This document shows positions 28,415 through 36,414 of a stretch of 42,214 nucleotides of DNA, piece by piece (positions within the stretch are counted from its first letter, which is position 1; every line of letters begins with the position of its first letter). Under the pieces are notes generated by a model. The model was not told where the DNA came from and made no database searches. It was given only the letters and a program-made list of their open reading frames with translations. The DNA comes from Thermoproteota archaeon (lineage in GTDB: Archaea; Korarchaeota; Korarchaeia; Korarchaeales; Korarchaeaceae). Both the position numbers and the translations under genes were made by a program. The stretch is from assembly GCA_037917625.1 (NCBI GenBank), contig JAVCBY010000044.1:1-42214 (forward strand), in the 5' to 3' direction.

Positions 28415-29189
28415 ACCGGGATCCCCTCTCCTTCACTATCTCATCAGCGAGTTCCCTAGGATCCTTCGAATCTATCCCATACTTCCTCTTAAAGAACATT
28501 ATCACCCTCTCTAAGTCCCTTATGAGGAGGGAATAGGATAGAGGATGCTCCGTCACTACTGCTTGGGAAACGTCTATGATCCAATGTGAGTCTTTCCAGT
28601 AAATTATGTTGTATTCACTTAGATCTCCATGAACAAGCCCTGCTTTCACATAACATTTTCTAACATCCTCCAGTATAGCGTCCCTCAGCTCCCTAGGGCT
28701 CCTTAATTCCTCTAGGTCCTTGAGCAAGGGGGCTGGTGTCGCGTCCTCCCCTATGAACTCCATGACCACTATATTACCAGCTACATCTATTGGCCTAGGG
28801 ACCCTGACGCCCCCCTCCGACATTCTCTTTAAATTTCTGAATTCTTTCTTCGTCCATAGATAAATAAGTTTCTCTCTATCCTTAACAATTGGAAATCTAT
28901 GATCCATATAGTCCAAGTATTTCTTGAAATTTGCTGTATAGACCCTGTGTATCTTGACAGCGAGCTCGATCCCTCCCCCTCTCCCGGCTAGAACTACAGA
29001 TTCCTTGCCTGAGCTCACTATCCAAGTTAAATCATCAATTACTCCCTTATTGAATAACTTTAGGAGATTCCTAACAGTTCTCTCATCGAAAACTAACTGT
29101 TTAACCTCGTAGTACTCCTCATCCTTTACTCTCTTCTCCCCCTTCTCTAGAGCCCTCTCTATCCTCTCCTCGATATCCTCGTAACTCAA
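28386..29189 (-). CDS. rio1: RIO1 family kinase/ATPase
   Basis: SSGKES, AVKIH, W..KEFRNL, HGDLSEYN, IDVSQA. Confidence 0.93.
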   Translation of the reverse strand: MSYEDIEERIERALEKGEKRVKDEEYYEVKQLVFDERTVRNLLKLFNKGVIDDLTWIVSSGKESVVLAGRGGGIELAVKIHRVYTANFKKYLDYMDHRFPIVKDREKLIYLWTKKEFRNLKRMSEGGVRVPRPIDVAGNIVVMEFIGEDATPAPLLKDLEELRSPRELRDAILEDVRKCYVKAGLVHGDLSEYNIIYWKDSHWIIDVSQAVVTEHPLSYSLLIRDLERVIMFFKRKYGIDSKDPRELADEIVKERGSRFEGDKDTDT

Positions 29190-29192
29190 AAG

Positions 29193-29543
29193 TTAGCCCT
29201 CCTCCAGGGTCGCCCAGTCTCGCGGCACGTAGCCCTTCTCTATCAACCACTCCACTTGCTGCCTATCGTACCTGACCACTATATCCCCCTTAGTCCTCTG
29301 AAACGGCCAGAGGGATATGAGCACTACATCCCCCCTCTTGATCCACGCCCTTCTCCCCCTGAGCTTACCCCTAACCCTGCATACCCTTATCGAATTATCC
29401 ATGCACTCGACCCTGAAGTGTCCCTTTCCCAGAGGTTCCAGCACTCTCCCAAATATCTCAAGCTCATCAGCAGGTAGGAGCTCCTCCATCTCAGCATCTA
29501 GGGATCTCTCTGCCTCTTCCTTTCCCTCCCTTCTCTTCGACAA
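29193..29543 (-). CDS. eif1a: Translation initiation factor aIF-1A
   Basis: LG.G...V.C.D...R.CR..GK...R.WI..GD.V...W.FQ..KGDI. Confidence 0.95.
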   Translation of the reverse strand: MSKRREGKEEAERSLDAEMEELLPADELEIFGRVLEPLGKGHFRVECMDNSIRVCRVRGKLRGRRAWIKRGDVVLISLWPFQRTKGDIVVRYDRQQVEWLIEKGYVPRDWATLEEG

Positions 29544-29552
29544 GCGATCACC

Positions 29553-29975
29553 TCACAACTTAGGGATAGGGGTTTCAGCGCCGCAGGCCTGGCACCTGAG
29601 TATCCAGGCCTTCTTCACTTTAACTATAGTGGTATCGGGCCTCCCGCAATGCGAGCATATAACGTAAATCTTGATGAACCTATCTAGTCTATTCTCAACT
29701 TGTTTAGGATCTATCCTCCTGCTGAGTATCAGCTTCCTATCTCCCTCAGTCAGGAAGTAGGGCGATCCGAGTTCCTTTGAGAGGAACCTCGCTATCATCT
29801 TCGGATCCCTATTCAGAGCGGTAGCGATCTCCTTGAAATTGACTATATGGGTCTGCCTTCCCTCTATAGTTATCACCGCTCTGGGCGGTACGAACCTCTC
29901 CCCACTCGTTACGAGCACGGGAATCTTACTCCTAGCCTCCTTTAGCATCTGGATGTACTCCTCCCTCGTGGACAT
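29553..29975 (-). CDS. eif2b: Translation initiation factor aIF-2 beta (start ATG 29975)
   Basis: ERF, NF..I...LNRD, C..C.RPDT...C.ACGA Zn finger; AGGTGA SD. Confidence 0.95.
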   Translation of the reverse strand: MSTREEYIQMLKEARSKIPVLVTSGERFVPPRAVITIEGRQTHIVNFKEIATALNRDPKMIARFLSKELGSPYFLTEGDRKLILSRRIDPKQVENRLDRFIKIYVICSHCGRPDTTIVKVKKAWILRCQACGAETPIPKL

Positions 29976-29979
29976 CTTA

Positions 29980-30606
29980 TCACCTTTGGCCGACGTAACC
30001 GTATTTACTTCCGCTCTCGTATAATAAGCCTGATGCCACCATATCATCGAGCAACCTCCTCACATCCTCGACCTCTCCCTTGAGGAGATCCGCTACCTCC
30101 TCGGCTGAGAGGGGGCCTAGCTCCTTCAATGCCCTTATTATAACTTTCATATCTTCCTTTGAATTCCTGGGCTTCGGCTTCTCCCTCAACCTGAGCTCCC
30201 TCCTCAGTATCTCGAGCTCCCTCAGGAGGATAGCGTTGGGATCGCGTACCTTCATGACCAACACTGGGGATAAATATATAATGTCTTTCCAGCTCTTCAC
30301 TCTACCTATCAAATCTATTACGGACCCTGCTCTATAAATACTGCCAGTATCCGGATCTATGAGTAAATTGACGTCCTCGTCCCACGCCTTAACTTGTATT
30401 GATGCAGTACCATCGTGTAGCTCGAGCGTAGCGAAGGACCCATCCTCCCTCATAGTGGAGTCCAGCACGAGCCCCATTATCCTAACCCTAGATACGCTCC
30501 CCCAGGGGAGCCTGAAGTACCTAATGCCCTCTATCGAGACCTCTTCAAATTCACCGGCTAGTAGCTCCTTTATCCTGACCTTCTGAGCTGCCTCTATACG
30601 CATCAT
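29980..30606 (-). CDS. RPA32/RPA2-like OB-fold protein with C-terminal winged helix
   Basis: A.KVRI.EL..G, RVRIMG.V, LHDGT..I.V.AW, IGRV, DPN; C-terminal wH pattern. Confidence 0.78.
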   Translation of the reverse strand: MMRIEAAQKVRIKELLAGEFEEVSIEGIRYFRLPWGSVSRVRIMGLVLDSTMREDGSFATLELHDGTASIQVKAWDEDVNLLIDPDTGSIYRAGSVIDLIGRVKSWKDIIYLSPVLVMKVRDPNAILLRELEILRRELRLREKPKPRNSKEDMKVIIRALKELGPLSAEEVADLLKGEVEDVRRLLDDMVASGLLYESGSKYGYVGQR

Positions 30607-30802
30607 TCCCTTGTGAAGTGAGGCTTTTTAAGCAAATAACCTATGCGATTGAGCCTCGATTGAGCGTAACTCTAATTTAACCACTGGGATCCCCGGAAAG
30701 AGAGGCTCGTGGATGCTCCGAGCCCGAAGCGAAGCTAATCATCCTCACCATCAGGACCGAAAAATATATTAATGAGGGAGGGCTAATAACCTGGCCCTAT
30801 GT

Positions 30803-30909
30803 GGGCCCGTGGCTCAGACTGGATAGAGCGCCTGCCTTATATGGCGGCTCCCGCTACAGGACGCCAGGGGAAAAGCGGGAGGTCGGGGGTTCAAGTCCCC
30901 CCGGGCCCA
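30803..30909 (+). tRNA. tRNA-Ile(UAU) with a 32-nt intron (about 30842-30873)
   Basis: GGGCCCG/CGGGCCC-A acceptor, CCTGC-CT-TAT-A/intron/A-GCGGG, GGTTCAAGTCC T arm. Confidence 0.85.
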
Positions 30910-31124
30910 TTCAGTTTTACCCTCAGGAAAAGTTTCCTAACGCTCATGTACCATAGTGCGAGGGCTGAGATAAGTGAGGTCAAGCCTATGAAGACGTAGA
31001 GAGCTGATATGAGGAGTCCCTTCTGATCAGATGAGAGTATCAATTTCGTAAGGGAGAGGGCCATGATTATGAGGAGCCATCCGGAGATAACTGTGTAAAG
31101 TGAGAGGATCGTCCCCCTATCCAT
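30891..31124 (-). CDS. Small two-TM membrane protein
   Basis: AGGTGAT SD, two hydrophobic helices, follows the GPT homolog by 9 nt. Confidence 0.62.
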   Translation of the reverse strand: MDRGTILSLYTVISGWLLIIMALSLTKLILSSDQKGLLISALYVFIGLTSLISALALWYMSVRKLFLRVKLNGPGGT

Positions 31125-31133
31125 ATTATCACC

Positions 31134-32111
31134 TCAATGAGGTGTCAATAGGAAGAAGGTGAGTGAGGCGATTATCCCAGATATCAAGGAGAGAGTCGCG
31201 GCTTCCTTAACTATATCAGCTTCCCTCTTCCACTTCTCACTCGCTATTATCGCTATGAGTGATATAGGCGCTTTTGGATCAGGGTTAGCTCTTATCATCC
31301 CTTCATTCAGGATCACGGGCCTCCTCTCGATTTGCCTCCTCTCCTTAAACCCACCAACGGATGCTATGATGGAGAAACCTGAAACTAAGAAGGGGATTAA
31401 GGCTATCCCGAATATCGCCTCGGTATTTGAGATGACCGATATAGAAGCTAATGCCGAGCCCATGAATAAGGAGTTCGAGTCCCCACCGAATACCTTAGCT
31501 GGATACTTATTCCTGATGCAATAGGGGAGGAGGGAGGAGTGAAGTAATAGGAGTGAAGCGAGAGCATCCAGCCTCCCTAAGGAGATCAGGACTGGTATGA
31601 GGGGTATCGTGGAGGCGTATATTGAGAGGGGCATCATCCCGTTTAGAGAATCCATCATATTAACTGCATTAGAGAATACTGTGAATATTGCTAACATTAT
31701 TGGCCAGTAGACATAGTAGAGCCTAGCTCTCCCTACCATGGGAAGGTAAGGCCTTGGGGTGACTTGATATAACGCTATGAGAACTATCGCCGGTAGTATG
31801 AGGAGAAGGGGTTTTGCCTTGGGCCCCAATGGGGAGATATCATCTAATAATCCTATTAAGAAAGCCAGACCTGATGAGGAAGCTACTGCGATAGCTGCGA
31901 TCTCTCCTGTGAGAGCGTGGAAGAGGAGAGATGCTACGAGGAATGACAAGTAGACAGCGGGGCCGAGTGGTTCTGGGACCTTAGGTCTCCCCGGCTTGTG
32001 GACATCTTCGGAGAGGAGGCCCCTCTCTACGTAGCGGGGTATCATGGCTCTATGCAGTAGCTCCGAAGATAATACCGCGAGGGATGAGGCCACAGTTATC
32101 TCGGCTAACAT
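31134..32111 (-). CDS. MraY/GPT (glycosyltransferase family 4) polyprenyl-phosphate sugar-1-P transferase
   Basis: DVHKP, IGLLDD, NAVNMMDSLNG, N.YPAKVFGGDS; multiple TM helices. Confidence 0.85.
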   Translation of the reverse strand: MLAEITVASSLAVLSSELLHRAMIPRYVERGLLSEDVHKPGRPKVPEPLGPAVYLSFLVASLLFHALTGEIAAIAVASSSGLAFLIGLLDDISPLGPKAKPLLLILPAIVLIALYQVTPRPYLPMVGRARLYYVYWPIMLAIFTVFSNAVNMMDSLNGMMPLSIYASTIPLIPVLISLGRLDALASLLLLHSSLLPYCIRNKYPAKVFGGDSNSLFMGSALASISVISNTEAIFGIALIPFLVSGFSIIASVGGFKERRQIERRPVILNEGMIRANPDPKAPISLIAIIASEKWKREADIVKEAATLSLISGIIASLTFFLLTPH

Positions 32112-32147
32112 TTTTACCTACCACATCGCACACTGCCCGATAAAAAT

Positions 32148-33056
32148 ATGATCGTGGCATCAATGACGGCGTTGGCATCGGCCTTAGCAGCTTACTTGAC
32201 GACTGGAAGGTGGATAAAAATATCTGAGGAGAGGGGAATCGTCTCCAGAGACCTCCATAAGCCTTATGAAGCGAGTGCAGCTAAAATCGGTGGAATTCCC
32301 ATAGTATTGATATTCGTAGTGGAGTCATCCATCCTCTCAATCCTCATGGATATTCCAAAACCCCTCTTAATGTTCCCAATATTCTTCTCATCGATCGGCC
32401 TCCTCGACGATCTAGCGAGCTTGAGGAATTCGGAGAAGATAATACTATCTGGCTTGCCCTTCTTGCTCCTCTCATGGCTCTTCCCAAGTTTCGAGCCTTT
32501 CAGCTCGATACTCACACAACCGTTGACCCTATTCCTCTTAGGGACTTTCTACGTCAACTCAACTAATACGTATGCGGGCTTCAACGGGCTAGAGGCGGGA
32601 GTCTCCCTCATAATATCCTCAGCGATCAGCTTCGTACTCCTCAGGGATGGGGAGTATGGAGGTTTCATCTACCTCCTCTCCCTCTCCCTCCTCCTCTTAT
32701 CATTCCTCTTATACAATTGGTATCCCGCTAGGGCTTTCCCCGGAAACGTGCTCACATTCATGTGTGGAGGAACGATAAGCGCTGCATCTTTCCTTTATGG
32801 TCAATACTGGCCCCTAATAATACTCTCAATACCCCAGGGTCTGGACTTCTTGCTTAAGCTCCTCAGCTGGAGGAGGACTAGTGAGAAAGTACCTGCTAGC
32901 GTCTCCGGAGATGGCACCCTAATACCTCCACCTAACCTCTCACTCCCCTCTTTACTGATGAGATTAGGGGTGAGGAGGGAGCCCCGGCTCGTCACCACCC
33001 TTCTATCTATTGAGCTCCTCCTGGCCTTTGCTCTTCTCATATATCTTCCAAGATAG
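32148..33056 (+). CDS. Second MraY/GPT homolog, AglH-like
   Basis: DLHKP, GG, IGLLDD, NTYAGFNGLEAG, YNWYPARAFPGN. Confidence 0.85.
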   Translation: MIVASMTALASALAAYLTTGRWIKISEERGIVSRDLHKPYEASAAKIGGIPIVLIFVVESSILSILMDIPKPLLMFPIFFSSIGLLDDLASLRNSEKIILSGLPFLLLSWLFPSFEPFSSILTQPLTLFLLGTFYVNSTNTYAGFNGLEAGVSLIISSAISFVLLRDGEYGGFIYLLSLSLLLLSFLLYNWYPARAFPGNVLTFMCGGTISAASFLYGQYWPLIILSIPQGLDFLLKLLSWRRTSEKVPASVSGDGTLIPPPNLSLPSLLMRLGVRREPRLVTTLLSIELLLAFALLIYLPR

Positions 33057-34538
33057 CCAGAGAGCCTTGTTAGCGAAGCTCTCATCTATTCTATTGATAG
33101 CCGCCCTCTTAGGTGCTTTCATTATTTCCTCTGGCCTCTCATAAGCTCTCTCCTTTATCTTGACCATCGCCTCAACGTACCTATCGAGCTCCGCGATACT
33201 ATCGCTCTCAGTAGGCTCTATCATCAAGCATTCTTGGACTACCTGAGGGAAGTACATCGTTGGAGGATGGAGCCCCTCGTCTATGAGGGCCTTAGAGAAA
33301 TCTAACGCTCTTACACCAGTCTCCTTCTTTATCTTAGCTAGGGAGATCACGAACTCATGTTTGCAGGGCCTATTCCTACCATAAGGTACTTCAAATCCAG
33401 AATCCATGAGCTTCTTCCTGACGTAGTTCGCATTTAGCACAGCAATAGCTGCAGACTCCCTCACTCCCTCACTTCCTAGCATCTTGAGATAAGCCCAAGC
33501 CTTGATTAGTACCCCCACGTTTCCGTAGAACATCCTAACTTTTCCGATGCTCCTAGGCAGATCGTAACTGAGCTTGTATCTCTCACCTTCCCTCACTATT
33601 ATAGGGACCGGTAGATAATCCTTGAGCTGATCCACGACCCCTACAGCCCCAGCCCCTGGCCCTCCCCCTCCATGAGGGGCTGAGAAAGTCTTATGTATGT
33701 TCAAGTGAGCTACATCAACCCTCATGTCTGATAGCTTGACCCATCCCATTATAGCGTTCAAGTTCGCCCCATCGTAGTATACATAGCCCCCGTTAGCATG
33801 TATGAGCTCGGATATCTCAACGATCCTATCCTCGAATATCCCTAAGGTATTCGGATTCGTTATCATTATCCCAGCGGTCCTCTCAGAGATGGATGCCTTT
33901 AATGCGTTCATATCTATAGTCCCCTCTTCCGATGGAGGTACCCTAACTACTCTGAATCCTGCCATCGCTGCGCTAGCGAAATTAGATCCATGAGCTGTCT
34001 CAGGGATTATCATCTCATCCCTCCTCTCCCCGAGATCTGAGAGCTTCCTCCTTATGATGAGGGCTCCGACAAATTCACCTTGAGCACCGGCTGCTGGTTG
34101 TAAGGTATAGTGGGGGAGGCCAGTTATCTTCGAGAGCATTTCCTGTAATTCATAGAGTATGCTGAGTAAACCCTCAGTCAATTCCTCCGGGGAATAAGGA
34201 TGCATATCCCTCAGAGCTGGATGATCCGCTACTCTCATGACGAGCTTCGGTGTGTACTTCATGGTGCAGGAGCCTAGCCAGTAAGGCCCGCTATCCACTC
34301 CGTAATTCATCTGGGCCAGATGGTTGAAGTGCCTCACTACCTCCGGTTCGCTAAGCCCAGGGAGCTTCAGCTCCTTCCTAATTAGATCCTCCGGTATTAT
34401 CCTCTCTATCCCCCCTAGAAGAGACGCTATCTCCTCCTCAGGCTCAGCTATCACCGTACCTCCTTCCGCTCTCCCTATCTCGAATAAGCTCGGCTCTAGT
34501 ACGTTATTTCCTCTCACCCATCTAGCCTGGAAGCTCAT
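33003..34538 (-). CDS. gcvPB: Glycine dehydrogenase (decarboxylating) subunit 2
   Basis: LGSCTMKY, QPAAGAQGE, YDGANLN, LNIHKTF.PHGGGGPG, IEPTES. Confidence 0.95.
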   Translation of the reverse strand: MSFQARWVRGNNVLEPSLFEIGRAEGGTVIAEPEEEIASLLGGIERIIPEDLIRKELKLPGLSEPEVVRHFNHLAQMNYGVDSGPYWLGSCTMKYTPKLVMRVADHPALRDMHPYSPEELTEGLLSILYELQEMLSKITGLPHYTLQPAAGAQGEFVGALIIRRKLSDLGERRDEMIIPETAHGSNFASAAMAGFRVVRVPPSEEGTIDMNALKASISERTAGIMITNPNTLGIFEDRIVEISELIHANGGYVYYDGANLNAIMGWVKLSDMRVDVAHLNIHKTFSAPHGGGGPGAGAVGVVDQLKDYLPVPIIVREGERYKLSYDLPRSIGKVRMFYGNVGVLIKAWAYLKMLGSEGVRESAAIAVLNANYVRKKLMDSGFEVPYGRNRPCKHEFVISLAKIKKETGVRALDFSKALIDEGLHPPTMYFPQVVQECLMIEPTESDSIAELDRYVEAMVKIKERAYERPEEIMKAPKRAAINRIDESFANKALWLSWKIYEKSKGQEELNR

Positions 34539-35899
34539 TCTCCCACCTCCCCCATTAGATCAACGAGCATATCTATCTCAGCCTTCCCATGCTTCTCCGT
34601 CGTCGAGAATAGGGCTATGTTCTTCCCCCTATCCATCTCAGGGAAGAGCCTCGAGACTATGAAACCTCCTAATATCCCATTTGAGAGCAATTTCCTGTTT
34701 ATCCTCTCCCATGAGACTGAGGAGCTAACAGCAAGTTCCTTGAAGTTTATTCCGTTGAATGGTATCTTAAAACCTTCTACTTTGGATATCCTCTCCTTTA
34801 GGTAAGCAGTGTTGTATAATATCTTCTCAGCGAGCTTCCTCAATCCATTAAGGCCGAGTAGAGCTATGTAAATGGCTGCCCTTATTGCCATGAGCGATGA
34901 ACTCGTCGTTATGTTGGAAGTAGCTTCCTCCTTCCTTATATGCTGCTCCCTCGTTTGAAGGACCATGCAGTAGCCCCTTTGTCCATCGACAGACTTAGTC
35001 ATCCCTATCAATCTCCCTGGGAGCTGTCTCACGAAACTCATATCCATCCTAACGGCGAATATGCCCAAGGAGGGACCGCCGAAACTCATAGGACTGCCGA
35101 GATGCTGACCCTCGCCTACGACGAGATCAGCACCTAGGTCGCCAGGAGGCCTTATTATCGCCGCTAGGATGGGATCTATTCCGATAGCTGCGATAGCCCC
35201 CTTAGAGTGAGCTATATTAATGATATCCTCAGCTCTCTCCTCTAAGATCCCGTAGAAGTTGGGGAGCTCTATGTAAACCATCGCCACTGAGTCATCTATT
35301 AACTTCTCCAAGCTCCCTAGATCGACGGTCCCCCTAACTTCATCCATCGGTGCCTCGACTATCTCAGCGTTCACTGGATCTAAGTAAGTTCTCAAGACGA
35401 GCTTCCTCTCAGGATGTATATTAGATGCGATTACTATCTTCTTCCTCTTCTTAACCCTTATCGAGAACCTACCCGCTTCCCCTAACGCTGACCCGAAATC
35501 GTAGAGGGAGGCGTTAACTACGTCCATTCCGAGGAGCTCGGCCATAATTGATTGGTACTCGAAGAGGGCTTGAAGAACACCCTGAGATAACTCCGGCTGA
35601 TAAGGTGTATAAGATGTGTAGAACTCTTGCCTGGATGCGAGTTCATCTACTAAAGGGGGTACATAGTGATCGGCCATGCCGCCTCCTGTGAATATGAGCT
35701 TTACCTTCTTGGGGAGCTTTGAATCTATCAGAGATTCTATCTCGATGTGATCTCTCCTTCTCCCTATTTCTGGAGGAGATTTAAGCAGAACCTCCTCTGG
35801 AACATCTGAATATAGTTCCTCTGAACCTTTCATCCCCAGAAAATCCAACATAGCCCTCTTGATAGGATCACTAGAGTTAGGTGAGAGGTGCGCTATCAT
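34535..35899 (-). CDS. gcvPA: Glycine dehydrogenase (decarboxylating) subunit 1 (likely start ATG 35899)
   Basis: EFYTSYTPYQPE.SQG.LQALFEYQ, NASLYD, PGRLIG, QTREQHIR..ATSNI. Confidence 0.95.
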   Translation of the reverse strand: MIAHLSPNSSDPIKRAMLDFLGMKGSEELYSDVPEEVLLKSPPEIGRRRDHIEIESLIDSKLPKKVKLIFTGGGMADHYVPPLVDELASRQEFYTSYTPYQPELSQGVLQALFEYQSIMAELLGMDVVNASLYDFGSALGEAGRFSIRVKKRKKIVIASNIHPERKLVLRTYLDPVNAEIVEAPMDEVRGTVDLGSLEKLIDDSVAMVYIELPNFYGILEERAEDIINIAHSKGAIAAIGIDPILAAIIRPPGDLGADLVVGEGQHLGSPMSFGGPSLGIFAVRMDMSFVRQLPGRLIGMTKSVDGQRGYCMVLQTREQHIRKEEATSNITTSSSLMAIRAAIYIALLGLNGLRKLAEKILYNTAYLKERISKVEGFKIPFNGINFKELAVSSSVSWERINRKLLSNGILGGFIVSRLFPEMDRGKNIALFSTTEKHGKAEIDMLVDLMGEVGE

Positions 35900-36143
35900 C
35901 AGCTTATTACATACCCTTATAATTAAGATGATTTCGTCCATTAGAGGGGCCTCTATCATAATATGGCTGCAGTTGAAATATCGCCGTCATTATCAGATCG
36001 CGATATAATGTCCAAATTTATCTTCAACCTCCGATTTTAGATCGATGCTATGAGCGTCCGTCGATGGGAGCTCCGACTGAAGGTCGAGGATCTTCCTCTG
36101 CTCTCGTGAAACTTTCATTTGTAACTCATAAAAGTAACATTCA

Positions 36144-36151
36144 TTTATATA
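36144..36151 (+). promoter_or_regulatory. TATA box candidate for the RHH-ftsZ operon
   Basis: TTTATATA about 100 nt upstream of the RHH start, flanked by short repeats. Confidence 0.45.
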
Positions 36152-36252
36152 GGATAAGGCCGGTTCATAATGGTACTTCAGTTATCATATTCCGTTGAGC
36201 CCCTCTCTCCAGGATTAAAATATGGTATTCCCGTTTTGGACCGGTGAGTTTC

Positions 36253-36414
36253 ATGGTGGTGGTTTCCTTCCACATACCCAACTCCCTGATGAAGGAGTTG
36301 GAGAGGCTGGTGGAGGAGGTCGGGTTCACGAGTAAGAGCGAGGCGATAAGAGAAGCTATAAGGCTTCTGATAAGGGAATATAAGAAGAAAAGCGCAGGGG
36401 GTGTTGCATATTGA
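36253..36414 (+). CDS. cdrS: Ribbon-helix-helix regulator, CdrS-like, 53 aa
   Basis: Manual translation MVVVSFHIPNSLMKELERLVEEVGFTSKSEAIREAIRLLIREY...; GGTGA SD; TTGA overlap with ftsZ; below ORF-track cutoff. Confidence 0.82.
   Translation: MVVVSFHIPNSLMKELERLVEEVGFTSKSEAIREAIRLLIREYKKKSAGGVAY

Noticed and set aside
30645-30760. Possible C/D box sRNA or short ORF upstream of the RPA-like gene, with a CGATTGAGC direct repeat and a GGCTCG/CGAGCC hairpin
   Set aside because: No canonical C and D boxes in the right order; signals are too short to separate from chance
30836-30874. Alternative splice register giving a GAA (Phe) anticodon
   Set aside because: Acceptor stem GGGCCCG is Ile/Lys-type rather than Phe-type, and the intron stem fits a 36/37 or 37/38 position better
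30799-30999. 66-aa ORF on the plus strand
   Set aside because: Overlies tRNA-Ile
36072-36112. Hammerhead-like CTGA...GAAAC with small hairpins
   Set aside because: Core is CTGAAGG rather than CUGANGA and the required stems do not form
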